Shown: positions 21,232 through 33,759, counted from the stretch's first letter. The stretch is 64,000 nucleotides of DNA from an uncultured Verrucomicrobiae bacterium (GCA_963812605.1 CAWEWF010000003.1:58192-122191), one strand, 5' to 3'. Program-made: numbers and translations. Notes: a model not told the origin generated them from the letters alone.

Positions 21232-21894
21232 ATGCCAGATACAAACCAGTCTTCTGAGCTTGGCGGAAACATTCCGCATGATTCCGAATCGCTCAGAGCC
21301 GTTCCGATTGCTGCCGAAAGTTTCCGCAATATTCTGAAAACTTCCGAACGCAAGGAAAGCCACACTCTAACCGTGCGCGAAGTCGCGCGGATGTTTGAGT
21401 CCGCCGGCGTGGCGCGCACCGAACGGAGCATCATCAATTGGTGCCAGCCAAACAGAATGGGAGTCCAGAGACTCGACGGTTACCTCGATCCGAACGAGCG
21501 GCGGTATTTTATTTCACCACAGAGCGTAGAATTTGCAATCAAAGAAGAGCAGGCAAAGGCCGCTAAGACGCTCCAGTCTTCGGAACCCGTCAGAAACGCC
21601 CCGAAAGCTTCGATAATTGACTCTGATAATCAGCCATCCAACCGCGACGGCATTAAAGACGCAGCAGTTAAGACCCTCGAACACGAGGTGAGAGACCTAC
21701 AGATCACCAATCAAGCAAAGGACTATTACATTGACCGGCTGGAAAAAGAGCGAGAGAGCTTCGTTGAGAAACTGATCAGTTCTAGTCACCGCATCGGCGA
21801 ACTCGAAACCAAGTTGTTGCGACTGGAAGCACCAAATACAGACGGGAGGCCGAAGGTAGAATCTTCCGGGGAAAGCGTGGATCGCACAACATAG
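21232..21894 (+). CDS. HTH plus coiled-coil DNA-binding protein, divergent from rep
   Basis: LTVREVARMF..RTERSIINWC (MerR/excisionase-like wHTH); C-terminal heptad region LEHEVRDLQ..IDRLEKERE..IGELETKL. Confidence 0.75.
   Translation: MPDTNQSSELGGNIPHDSESLRAVPIAAESFRNILKTSERKESHTLTVREVARMFESAGVARTERSIINWCQPNRMGVQRLDGYLDPNERRYFISPQSVEFAIKEEQAKAAKTLQSSEPVRNAPKASIIDSDNQPSNRDGIKDAAVKTLEHEVRDLQITNQAKDYYIDRLEKERESFVEKLISSSHRIGELETKLLRLEAPNTDGRPKVESSGESVDRTT
21251..21350 (+). repeat. Ten tandem degenerate 10-bp repeats (consensus nTTCCGAAnn)
   Basis: cttctgagct/tggcggaaac/attccgcatg/attccgaatc/gctcagagcc/gttccgattg/ctgccgaaag/tttccgcaat/attctgaaaa/cttccgaacg; a weaker 4-unit run lies at 21578-21617. 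Confidence 0.8.
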
Positions 21895-22039
21895 CTGGAT
21901 TCGCGGAATATAGCTATGCGGACCACACTGAGAGGCGACTCCCGGTCCTGCGTTCCAGAATCACGCGAAAAGCATTCTGTGATTTCCTTGCGGATAACGC
22001 ACGGCTTTCATAGTCTTCAAAGAGCCCATAGCGGATACG

Positions 22040-23400
22040 ATGACAGCCGAGAGATCTATACCAGCGCCTCGCTGGCCGAGACGGATTACAGTTTTGCTGA
22101 TGGCGGTTTGTGCTCTCTACGCCGGCTCACCGTACTGCCCATTTGGGCATCACCCCCGACGAAATCGAGGCACTGACCTCGGCCCACCAGCAGGGGTACG
22201 AGGGACTTTTTTTGGGCAATGATTGGAATTCTCAGGTTCATTTCTTGAACGTCCTGCTGGCCAAACCCTGTGTCCAGTTCCTGCCGATCAATGAGATCGT
22301 CGCTAATCGACTGCCTAGTCTACTCGGGCTAGGGTTGTTTCTATGGGGTGTCTGGAGAATCAGTCGCCAGTTTCCTGACGGCAGCAGACCGGCCGCTCGT
22401 CACCCTAGCCCTCTTGTCGAATGCCTTCTTGCTGGATTACTTCGGGCTCGCGCGCGGGTACGGATTGGGCTTGGGCTTCACACTGCTCTCGCTTTCCTGG
22501 TTCTTGCATGCTAGCCAAATCGCCGCGACAGACAAAGAGACGACCCGGCGGCCCGCTACAATTTCGCTCTGGCTGGCATTCGGTGCAGCCCTTTCAACCA
22601 TGGCTTTCGTCTACTTCTATGCTGCCTTGTTGGTTACCATCCTCTGGCTCATTGGCGCAAAGAACTCAAGGCTTCTTGGTGGGCCAGTGCGTTCGTGCTA
22701 GCGATCTTCTATGTTCGTCGCATCCTTGTGACCCGCGCTCAGAACCAACTGTATTTCGGCGGTGATGTTGGATTCGTGCACGACACCGTGAATTCGCTGG
22801 TCCGTGTCACTTTCGATGACCGACGGATCGGATGGATTCGTGCGTTGGGTATCGGGCGCCGTCGTCTTGCTCGTTCTGGCGGTTGCATACTGGAGTCACC
22901 GTGAACGGATCCGGTCTGGGTTCCACCTCGGATTGCTAGGAATCTCTGCGACTCTGGGTACGCGGGAGCTGACTAACTACTAAATGTGAAATATCCCGTA
23001 GAGCGGACTGCGTTATATCTCGTTGGTCGTACTAAACATTGGCGTGCTGGCGGCACTGGTCGCAGTTCCTGTCATCTCCGCGTGTGTTTGTGGCAAATAC
23101 TTCTCGATTTTCACGGCAAGACACCTACAGGGTGTGAATTTATGTCACACCCTCACGGCGCGTGCAAGCGCAGATGTCCCCGCAGTAATGTTGGCCCTGC
23201 AGGATATTCACCAGAAAACGGGCCGACGCTTGGAAGTTGCTACAAGCGATGCCATCAAATGGACGGTGTGGTATTACGCCAAGCATTCCTTGGGACTGGA
23301 TCCCAAGCCCAAAGACAGCCCGCAATTCCTACCTGAGAAATTACGACTGGCTCACTGTTTATGAATGGAAAGCTCAACGGGGACTACTTTAAGCTTCCAC
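22040..23400 (+). CDS. GT-C (ArnT/PMT-like) membrane glycosyltransferase-like protein, heavily frameshifted
   Basis: DE motif after TM1, HFLNVLL, NRLPSLL, LLDYFGLARGYGL, YPVERTALY; many TM segments across frames. Confidence 0.55.
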
Positions 23401-23559
23401 CTCAATACCCTCTCTTGCCCGTAAGGATTTACCGTGTTTCTTAACCGTGACGATTGACGTTTGTTCGACCTCTCATCTGGCTGGGGGGGCCCACCGCCTC
23501 AATGCAACCACCGACTCTGACATGCAACTGAGCACATTAGCTGCGCCGGACCTCCATGG

Positions 23560-24112
23560 CACATATTCCGACAGTGATGCTGGCAGGGGGCAAGACAAAG
23601 TGCCGAGTGGTCACGGAACTTTGACATTGCCAGATGGGCTGGACGTACACCGGCGAATTTCGGGAGGGCCTACCCAATGGCCACGGGGTTTGCACATGGC
23701 CAGACGGCAGGAGATATACAGGCGAGGTCAAGGATGGTGACTGAACTGGCATCGGTGTGAGCACATGGCCATTTGGGGAGCAGTAATCAAAGGGGAGTTT
23801 GAGGAGCGGTCTCCCAAAATGGCCAAGCAACCGAAACATGGTCAGATTGGGACAAAATACGTAGGCAATTTTGAGGATGGTGTACAGTTCGGATATGTCC
23901 CCTTGACATGGCCGAACGGGTTTAAATACGAAGGAGATTTTTGGAACGGCCTGCCGAATGGTCAGGGTATTGCGACATGGCCAGACGGTACTAGATACGT
24001 TGGCGAGATGCATAGTGGCCAGATTGATGGCAGAGGCAAAGTTACCAATCCCGACGGAAGTGCGCGTGAGGGTCTGTGGAAGCAGGGTCAATTTGTGGGC
24101 GAAATGCGATAG
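23560..24112 (+). CDS. MORN-repeat protein or domain, frameshifted
   Basis: Repeats YEGDFWNGLPNGQGIATWPDG, YVGEMHSGQIDGRGKVTNPDG, YVGNFEDG. Confidence 0.75.
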
Positions 24113-24436
24113 GCTGGAAGTCGGAATTGTCGGCGTTGAACGTGGGAAGATTTGGCTATTCAGGAGGCAATCACTCAGCCAGTTCTGCTCTGCCGCACTT
24201 AAAAATACTCTTGCGGACTGTCTGCCAGCGGGACGGCAAGATACGATTGTTCCGACTGGGAAGCCATACAAAATGGTTGTCAGACCAAGAGTGCGTGGAT
24301 CTCCATCGACATATGACGGTCAATTTGCTATAGGCACGAACAGCTTCTTACCGGGACATTATGCGGGCGACAGGTTAGGATCGTAGTCAGGAGAGGCGCT
24401 ACGATTGAAAATATTCGCAAGAAGGCGTAGGCAATT

Positions 24437-25557
24437 ATGGTCAAACGCATTCTCGTTGTGTTTGGTATCTTATCCTTTATCGTGTACGCGACGTTTTGGA
24501 AGTCGCGGACTAGCTCTTGCGCAGAATGGTTCAATTGGCTTACCAGATGCCGCCAACAACACCGCTGAATTGTTGCGCGGTTCGGTGGTTTGGCTGCCTC
24601 TGGACGAAGGCCAGGACTGGTACGAATGTGGCTGATATTTCTGGCAACGGACATGGAGACCACCTATTTGGCACGCCACTGCCTATCTGGACGAAAGGCG
24701 TCATCTCCAACGCGCTGGCCTTCGATGGTGTGGGGAATTATGTGAGTGTGCCTGACGCACCAGACCTCACACCGAGCAACACACTGACTTTGTCGGCGTG
24801 GGTAAAGGCGTCCCCTACGACCACGGGCATCATCGTGGTAAAGTGGATGTCCGATGGACAGTCAGGGAGCTACAGCTTGGCTCTTACTAACGGGCAGATT
24901 GGCGTAGAGATTTCACTTGACGGAGTGTATTACCCGTCGGTGGCCACAACAGGCATAGAGGATACTGATTGGCATCATGTGGCCGGCATCTTACTGATGG
25001 CGTGCGAATAATTGTGTACCTTGATGGCGTAGTGGACGCGAGCAGTCTAGCGACCGGGACGCTGGATGTAGCGAAAGTCCCCTTTTCTTGGTTGGTGAAC
25101 TCACCGGCAGTATCGACGAGGTGCGGCTTTACGACCGGGCTTTAAGCAAGGACGAAGTGTTTGCGCTCTACGACATTGGGCGAGCCAACCGAGAAAACCG
25201 ATATGATCGCAACCAGGAAGCAGAAGAAAGTATTTGCAGGTGCTAACAGCGTCGTTCCACAGGTATCAAATGCAGTGACGGACTCTGTGATTAGCGCACC
25301 GCTGACCGATCAACACCGAAACGGAAGAGATGTCAGCAACGTGAACCAATCTATCGGCAATAATAACCATGATGGACTCGCACGTACACCGGGCAATGGG
25401 CACGGTCCGAAGAAGGAAATTCAGGCAGCGATTTCAGAGGCCAAAAATCATGAAGATGTAATCGAGGTCAGTGCCGGAACTTATCCACACACCACGTTCA
25501 TTCAACAAGGGAAAACAATCACGTTCCAATAGTGTGGGCACAGTCATTATCAACTGA
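24437..25557 (+). CDS. Secreted LamG/concanavalin-like domain protein, frameshifted
   Basis: WLPLDEG..ADISGNG..ALAFDGVGNYV..LTLSAWVK..WHHVAG..IDEVRLYDRALS; C-terminal GPKKEIQAAI..IEVSAGTY. Confidence 0.7.
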
Positions 25558-25595
25558 GTAAACGAACCGAATTGAATGCAGGAAATATATCGTTC

Positions 25596-26269
25596 ATGAA
25601 TAATCCTGTCAGAAACTGCACATTTTTGTCTGTGGTGCTGTGGGCCGCCCTCCTGTAAATCTCAACTTACTCTGTTTTAGGCGGCGAGTGGATCTACGGA
25701 CGGTAATGTCACGGTCAACAGTAACTTGATTGTCAAAGGGGTCGTTTCCGTAACCGCAACAATGTCAATGTCGTTAGCAACCTGACGGCCCATGCGATCT
25801 CCCTCCCGGTCAGACGCTTACGAATTGGCCCGGGATCAACACCGTGCTTAGTGCTGGTGCAGATGCCCGGAAACCACGTCCTGAGCAATCTCTCCTCTTG
25901 TGTGGCAACCACTATATCCGTTTCGAATCGATTACAAGGGCTGGATCTGGACCCTTTGGACAGGGGGCCTTCGCAATTACGCTTTGGCAGACTTACGTCG
26001 ACGCATATGGTGATACGAATCTGATTTATAATGACATTAGCGAGTTTGCGTCAACGTTCAGCGCCGGGGACTATTTCAATGATGTATTATTTGGGGACGC
26101 ATGCATCCGATCTCTTGGAGGAGCAATTCGCTTGGGGTTTGTGATAAATCAATGGTTTGCCAAAGATGGGAACCCGATGATGGACAACGTTACCAGTTCC
26201 TTCGTTATCAGCAGCAATGGGCAGGTTTCCGTTAAACAGTGGCCCGCTTATTATCACCCTGGGGGGTGA
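25596..26269 (+). CDS. Hypothetical secreted protein, frameshifted
   Basis: Signal-like N-terminus from ATG 25596, GNVTVNSNLIV segment, continues into ORF 25844-26269. Confidence 0.4.
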
Positions 26270-26356
26270 CCTGTTGATGGGTAGCTTCTACCAATTCACC
26301 GCCGCACTAGCAGGTATAAAAACAGGCCCCAGATCGACTCCTATGGACGAATCCTC

Positions 26357-27033
26357 ATGAATGGGCCGTACTACCGAGACGATGGCTTGCTGGATCTGTC
26401 TTAATAGTGGTCGCGCTACTGTGCGCACGATCGGAGACCAACGCGGCTGGCCCACAATGGTGGATCGCTCGCGGTGTAACCTACACGAATGCGACTCCAA
26501 ACGATTACGCCGCTGTGACCCAGGGGCAGATAAAGAATATCGCGACCCAGGCCGGCTCGGAAATGGCCACAAATTTGCCCGGCGGCGCTGGCTCTAACGT
26601 CGCCGCGCTGGTAAGCAGCTTTTCCTCGACCAACAATTATCTCGCCACCAACATCGGCCAACTCAAGAACGTGGCCAAACCCTTTTACGACCGCCTCATC
26701 GCCGTGAGATACACAAACGCGTATCCGTGGAGCGGGAGCACGACTACGAATGACTATGCAACCGCAAACATCGGCCAACTCAAAAACCTCTTCAGTTGGG
26801 ACATAGCGACGAGCACCGTCGGCGACGGCATCCCCAATTGGTGGCGGTTCAATTAAATACTTCGGGAGTGCACAACAACCAACAGTAACTCGTGCGCCTC
26901 CTGTATGCCCGATGGCTCTACCAATAGTAATCTGCATGCCTATCAAGGCGGCGTGAGTCCGTTCGCATTCGATCACACGGCCCCATCATTCATCATTACG
27001 TATCCCCAGAACGGCACCACGATTTATCCATGA
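26357..27033 (+). CDS. Secreted protein with repeated NDYA.(N)IGQLKN motifs, frameshifted
   Basis: GPQWWIARGV, three xGQ(L/I)KN repeats, DGIPNWW, C-terminal ITYPQNGTTIYP. Confidence 0.6.
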
Positions 27034-27089
27034 AACAAACGGGGGCGATTCACTTTGAAGAATTGTGAAGTCGGAAAAGGAGCGCTGAA

Positions 27090-30000
27090 ATGAAAAGAAT
27101 CTTGCCAGTCCTCTTATTTTGAGCAGCTTGAGGTTTGTGGGCAGTTGCTCGGGAGATGGGATACTGATTTGCACAAATAGCACATGCGCGCCGTGTCAGG
27201 TGCGAGTGGATTTGGACGTTATGTCAACACCCTGTGATGCAGGATTCACGGTCTCTTTCTATGATGAAACGGGCAACAGTGAAGGATTGATAAATGGGTC
27301 GAGCTTGCACACATGCGTCAATCCGTATAGTGGCCATTGTTTTGTCGCGGTTGATGTTCAGTACTATTATCGCCCATACGCGGGGGGATTTTGCCAGCCG
27401 TATGTCGGCATTGATTTGGGGGGCATATGCAGCCAATTCGGTGAGTGGATTCGCGGGCGACAGGTCTCGGCGGCGACAACGCTGCTACCACCATACACAG
27501 TGTGCGCGCACGTTTATCCGCCACCGCACGACAACAATTCTCAACGAACCGGTCAGGACACCACGGACGATGAAGATTGGTATCTGGCAGCCAACAGACA
27601 CCGACTGCAATCAAAATACGGGAAGAATTCTATCCGGTAAAGTTGGGTAACGGCGCGACATCTTCGAAGCTCCCGGATCTTCAATTGGTCCCAGTTCCCG
27701 GCGAGACATTATCGGCAACAAATGCGTACCAGATTCCAATCCAGCGCCAATGCAATTCTCGGCCCCTTTGAAGGCGGGTCGGACCCATAATGACAATGTG
27801 TCGTGTCTCGACGCGACCAATTACGTGATGATTTCGGATTGGCAAGGGAGCCAGCGTGTGTTTACCATAAGCAACAGGGTCTATACCGGAGACGTGAATG
27901 TTGCCGGAAGCTGAACAAACACGACCGTCTTTCCACTGCAGTTGACGCACGGAACACGGTATTGGTTCGACAGCCAGCATGGCAACCGGTTGGGTACGAT
28001 CACTGACCGGATCGTGAACACCGTGACGCTTTCCAATGCTACCGGCAACATCCTCACAGGTGTCGTGGATGTAGCGGGAGGAAACTCGCACTCTTCTATA
28101 ACGTCAGCGATGACTTGACGAACGTCGTTGATCCCATTGGTCGCGCCACCAGCTTTGGCTATGACGGACAGGGTCGGCTGGCGAGCGTCAGCGATTCACT
28201 CGGAACGCGGGCCCAGTACGTGTACGGTGATTCCGCGTTGACCAACGCCATCACTCAGGTAACAAATGGCCGAGGCTATGCCGACGGTTTCACGTACAAT
28301 ACACTCGGTCAGTGCCTCAGTCAAACGAGTGCGTTAGAGAAAGTGCAGACATTTGCGCTGACGCGGGACCAATCAGCAGGTTACCGTCACGAAGTTCGAT
28401 GGCACCAGTCACACCCTGTATAACGATGCGACTCGTGCCGTCACCGCCCGCGTCGATGCCGCCGGTACACAACAGTATTGGCGTGATGGCCTGCATCAGG
28501 CCACCAATATCGTGGACCGGCTTGGCGATAGCACTCAGTATTTGTTTGATACCAATGTGAGCGCCAGCGGGCTCTCGGGCACCCTGCTGAGGCAGATTGA
28601 CCCGCTTGGGCGGACGAATTCCTGGACCTACGAGGCAGTATTCAATTTCCCGGTCACCTTCACCAATGCTGCCCGGTGGTGTCGCGCACTGGGGCTACGA
28701 TAACAAGGGGAACGTGACCATCACCACCGATGCTGCCGGACAGGTCACCCTTTACCGGTAACGATGGTGCTGGCAACCAAACAAGCGTTACTGACGCCAA
28801 CACTCACGTAACAATGTTTGGCTACGACCAATACGGCCACCTTACTGAACGCCACCGACGCGCTCAGCCACGCAACGGGGTTCACCTACGACATTGTCGG
28901 GCGACGCACCAAGAGTAGCGCGGATGCGCTCGGGCAGAGCGAATCCTTCACCTGGGACGCCCGCGACCGGCTCACTCGCCATGTCAACGCCGCTGGCGAG
29001 ACCAACATATGGAGCTACGATGGCAACGGCAACCAGACCGCGTGGACCGACCCCCAATCAACACCCGCACCAACAGCTACGACGCGCTGGATTGGTCGAC
29101 GACAACCACCTTGCCTGGGCGACAGCGCGGCGTTCGTGACGTACGGCTATGACGACGCCAATAACCGGGTCAAGCGCGACCCATGCGTTGAGTCATCAAA
29201 CGAAGTTCGGCTTTGACGCACTGGGTCGACTGACCAGCACAACCAACGCCCTGAGTAAGGTCTGGTCATTTGTCGTGGACGCCGAAGGCCGACGCACCCG
29301 CGCGACCTACCGAAATAGCCATAGCCAGGGCTTTGTCTACGACGCGGCGGGCCAACTGACTGCGTGGGGACGAACGCGTTGACACAAAGTGCGGGTTACG
29401 GTATTCAGCTACGACCCGCTGGGTAACCTGACGAATGCGTGAGACGCGCGCAGCAATCCGCTGACGTTTGGCTACGATGCCGTGAGCCGTTTGACAGCCG
29501 TGACCTATGCTGGCGGAAGTAGCGAGCAATTTTCCCACGACGGCGTGGGCAACCTGACCGGCTTGGTGACCCGCGCTACACAGACCATCGTCATGACCTA
29601 CGACGCCGCGAACCGGCTGACGCAAAAGAGTTACGTTGGGACCGTCGACGCGTTCAACTACGGTTACGACGCGGCGAACCAATTAACCGGTGTAGTAGCC
29701 GCCGTCTCAGGCGGCTCCGTCACTTCTATTCTCGCCTTCGCCTACGACGCAGCAGATCGGCTGACCAATGAAACGCAAACTGTAGGAACAGCGTCCCCGC
29801 GCGCGGTGGGCTACCAATATTTGGACAGATGGTCGCCGCAATCGCCTGACCTACCCTGACGGCAGTTTCATCACTTACGACTACAACACCAAAGGGTGGC
29901 TGACGGACATCAAGGACGGTGGCACGAATACAATCGTCAGCTACCAGTACGACGCGGCGGGCCGACGAACACAACGAACGCTTGAGAACAACACGTTCAC

Positions 30001-31820
30001 TCTCTACGACTACGACGTTGCCAACCAGTTGACGAGCATTTGGCACCAGGTTACCAGTGGGGGGACCAACACGATCAGCCGCTATCAGTACGGATACGAT
30101 AACGCGGGGAATCGGAGTTGGGTGAAGCGGGCGCATCAGTCCAACAAGGGAGATGTCTACACGTACGACGCAGCCGACCAGTTGACCGACGTGAAATACA
30201 ACGCTACAAACCCCGATGGAAGCGCCAGCGGCTGGGATCGGGAAGTAACGTACGCCTATGACGTGGCCGGTAATCGAACGAATCTGATTGAGAAAATCGG
30301 CAACGCGACGAATGCGACCAGCTATGCAGCGAACAGCGACAACCAGTTGACCAGCGCGACCGCGACACGCCAAGGATTAACTGTGGCCGGGGCGGTTAAT
30401 TCCGGTCCGCTCAGCAACAAGTGGTATGCAAGCACAGCCTTGGCGCGCGGAGTCAGCGCCGGAGTCAGCACAATGAACGGCACGTTTTCGCTGCCCTGTG
30501 TTCCAATGAGTGGTTGCAGTAAAACGCTTTGACTGTGACTGTCACCGATGTCAGCGGCAACATCGCCACGCAAATCGTAAACGTGACGATGGCAACCGGG
30601 ACAAACACGTTCGGTTACGATGCCAACGGAAACCAGACGAATGATGCTGTGTGGAGTTCACAGCTACGACGCCGAGAACCCGGAAGTCGGCGGCCAATGG
30701 ATCTCTAACGAATAATTACAGCTATGACGCGATCGACCGTTTCATTGGCAGCGAAGGACCAGCGGCAGTAGTGTAATGACCAATTGCCTCTATTACGCTG
30801 GCGAGCTACCGATTGCCGAGTACAAACGGAGCCGGCGTCCTCCAGCGCAGATATGTCGTGGCCTCGGCGTCGACGAGCCTCTGCGAGTGACCGAGCGGCA
30901 ACAAATTTCTATTTTCATGCAGATGGGCTTACGAGCGTCACCGAGATATCTGATTCATCTGGCAACCTCATTGAGCGATACAGTTACGATGTGAATGGTG
31001 CGGCGATGTTCTACAGTAGCAGTGGTGCATTGACCAACGCTTCCGCGATTGCCAACCGCCTCCTCTTCACATCACGCGACCGCGACCCAGACACGGGGTG
31101 GTATAATAATCGCCATCGCTACTACAACCCGAATGGTGGGCCGGTTCGCCAGCCCTGGACCCGATTCGGGCTAGAGGTGGCGACTTGAACCTGTATCGCT
31201 ACTGCTACAGCCACCCGATAGACTTCAAAGATTCTTCAGGGTTGTGCAAAGATGGCAGCTTTTGGAGTGATTACTGGAACAATCTCAGTCAGGACTGGTT
31301 CAATAATCTGAGCGACGGCGCGCGCGGCCTTCTGATGTCTCCAGTGGATTTAGTATCTGGCATAATCGGTGGGGTTGGCGGCTCTGGATTGATGCAGGCA
31401 ACCTGTCGGGGCATCCCTGGGGTATCTGGGACTCGACGCTCAACGCGCGACCAAACCTGCCCGGACGACCATCCCGGCTGCACTTGAACAATAGGGAAGC
31501 GATCCACGTGCCATCGGTTCCACCGTTGGGCAAATCGGGATCGGATTTGGAGCCGGGAATGCCTTTGTCTGCTGCAGATGCGCTGTCTGCAGGTGATAAG
31601 GTTTCGAGCGCTGCAAACGCGATCGAAGACTGGTTGGGACCGGACACGAAGTTGAGACGGACTCTGGTAGCCTGATGTTACGATCGGCAGATGGTACTAA
31701 GTCAATTCGCTTTGACCTGTCGGGTTCTGATCGGCACATCAATGTTGAGACTTGGCAGCCACTCGGAAATGGTAGGTTTACGAATGAGTTGGCAATGTGC
31801 ATGTTTATCCAAAACCGTAA
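27090..31820 (+). CDS. RHS/YD-repeat polymorphic toxin, heavily frameshifted
   Basis: RBS AAGGAG and signal-like MKRILPVLLF; many YDxxGRL repeats; core end RDPDTGWYNNRHRYYNP..LNLYRYCYSHPIDFKDSSGL, followed by a variable C-terminal domain. Confidence 0.9.
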
Positions 31821-31834
31821 GAGTCTGAGCCACA

Positions 31835-32290
31835 ATGAAACGTGATCATCTGTTGAACTAGAGCAGAAAGCGCTGGCGCTGCAAAATCTGGACAGATTCG
31901 GGAAGCCGCCGACGTTTTTGCTGTCCTTGTCAAAGAGCAACCGGACTGGAGCGGGGACTGGATTTGACAGCCTCGCTTTCTGTCTGGAAGAATTGGGTGA
32001 GTATGATTCGGCGGAAAATCATACACCGAAGCATTGAGAGACTGGCCAAAAAACCCGTATTTTTTGGGGGACGTGCCTTCAAAGCTTGCATCGCGACCCA
32101 AACACTTTGAGACTTATTTGAAGTTACTGGAGATGGAACACTTGAGCAAAAGTCAGAAGGGGGTCGAAACGGCTGTGACGGTACTGAAGAGTCTCGGCGA
32201 ACGGATTGGGTACGAACGATTGCGGAGAAATGAAGCATGTCTAACTCTCATTGCGATAAAGACTATCTTCAGTGGTAAAAGAGGGGAGAT
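31835..32290 (+). CDS. Probable immunity protein (TPR-like), frameshifted; 3' end uncertain
   Basis: Starts 14 bp after the RHS stop; EAADVFAVLVKEQPDW..LAFCLEELGEYDSA..ALRDWPKNP are TPR-like helices. Confidence 0.5.
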
Positions 32291-32504
32291 TCGCACCAAG
32301 ATTCTCAAGAAGGACATGCTCAAGTTGTTTGGCTTGGACAGTCACCGACAGCCTTTAGACTTGTGGGAACTTTATTTTACTGGTCTGCACCAGCGGAATA
32401 GGGCTGCGAGATGTGCGGATTTGCCTCCGTGCAATACCCAACAGGGCTCCTCTCCCCCAAGGGGAGAGGCGGGGGAATCGGAGAGAGGAGGAGGACCTTA
32501 AAAC

Positions 32505-32700
32505 ATGTGTTTCTGCGAAACGAACCCATTTGTAATGTTGGCAAATGTGGTTGTAAGATGCATAAAGGCAATGAGTTGTGAATCCGGGGAAGAATTTTTG
32601 AAATGGGTTCGTTTTTCGGGTTGCAGAAGGCCTGTGGACGGCTCGGAGAGCCGTCCCTACCCGACAGATGTAAACAGGCGGGACGCCTGTTCAACGTGGA
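32505..32700. repeat. Cluster of REP-like palindromes and the GCGAAACGAACCC motif
   Basis: TTCTGCGAAACGAACCCATTT with inverted partner AAATGGGTTCGTTT; GGACGGCTCGGAGAGCCGTCCCTAC (GTAG REP); AACAGGCGGGACGCCTGTT. Confidence 0.7.
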
Positions 32701-32764
32701 GCGCGGATCAGGAGCGGCCGACAACGGTGGTGTTTTATAACCAAGGGACTGATAAATTAGGACA

Positions 32765-33751
32765 ATGCTAAAAAAATTGCTTCTGGTTTTGGGCGTTCTC
32801 GGTTCGGGGTTCCTGGTTTTTGCTCCGGCGGGGGCGGCGCAGTCGTTGCCGACTTATGAAGATTTTCGGCGGGTGGATCGGATGCGGCGGATGACGGGGC
32901 AATTGCAGACGAGCGAGCTGTTGAAGGTGACGCGGGTGGACCCGGGGTTGATCCAGCGGACGGCGTTGCGGGCGACGAATGATTTTCAGGTGACGTGGGG
33001 CGCGGCGGAGTTGATCGGGGATTGGACGACGAAGCGGTTGCTGTTTGAGTCGGCGCTGGCGGCGAGCGGGTCGAACGTGGCGGTGGCGTTGCGGTACGGT
33101 TGCGCGGCGGCACAGAAGCGTGACACGGATACCGCGCTGCCGTTGTTGCGGTTGGCGGAGAAACGTGATGAGGGCAATGCCGTGCCGTGGCTGGTTGAGC
33201 TGGGATTACTGGAGGCGCAACAGAAAGGGTTTGCGGAATTGAAGCTGCCGGTTGGGTGGACAATCCATTATCGCGATTACGGCACCGAAGCGGCGCGGGC
33301 GCGGATTCGTTTGCTGGAGGCGGCGGGGTATTCGCCTTATGCGGCGCGGCGATTGGGGTTCGCTCCCGAGACGCCGGTGCTCAGCATGGTACGGGAGTTG
33401 GCGGAGCGACCCATCGAAAAGGCGGCCACGCCGTTTTTGTTGCAGGTCGCGCGGGCGATGCAGGATCGGCCGATGTATTTGTTGACGGAACTGGTGGGGG
33501 AGACGCTGGAGCGCGCGGTGACGGCGACGGGCGTGGAAGGGCAGACGGGCGCCGAGGCCAACATGCGCGCGCTGGAACTGGATCGACGCCGTGATGACAT
33601 CAAGGCGCTGGTGTCGTCAGTCGAGCGCGACACGGCGGACATTGCGACCGAGGCGGAGATGGTGGGGTATTTTGATGATGTGCTGAACCTGGGCGAAGAC
33701 GTGGCGATGCGGCGGCTCGTCGGGAAGGTGCAGGGAAATCCGCTGCCGTGA
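32765..33751 (+). CDS. Hypothetical exported protein
   Basis: 328-aa ORF with signal peptide MLKKLLLVLGVLGSGFLVFAPAGAA. Confidence 0.75.
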   Translation: MLKKLLLVLGVLGSGFLVFAPAGAAQSLPTYEDFRRVDRMRRMTGQLQTSELLKVTRVDPGLIQRTALRATNDFQVTWGAAELIGDWTTKRLLFESALAASGSNVAVALRYGCAAAQKRDTDTALPLLRLAEKRDEGNAVPWLVELGLLEAQQKGFAELKLPVGWTIHYRDYGTEAARARIRLLEAAGYSPYAARRLGFAPETPVLSMVRELAERPIEKAATPFLLQVARAMQDRPMYLLTELVGETLERAVTATGVEGQTGAEANMRALELDRRRDDIKALVSSVERDTADIATEAEMVGYFDDVLNLGEDVAMRRLVGKVQGNPLP

Positions 33752-33759
33752 GCGGGGAC

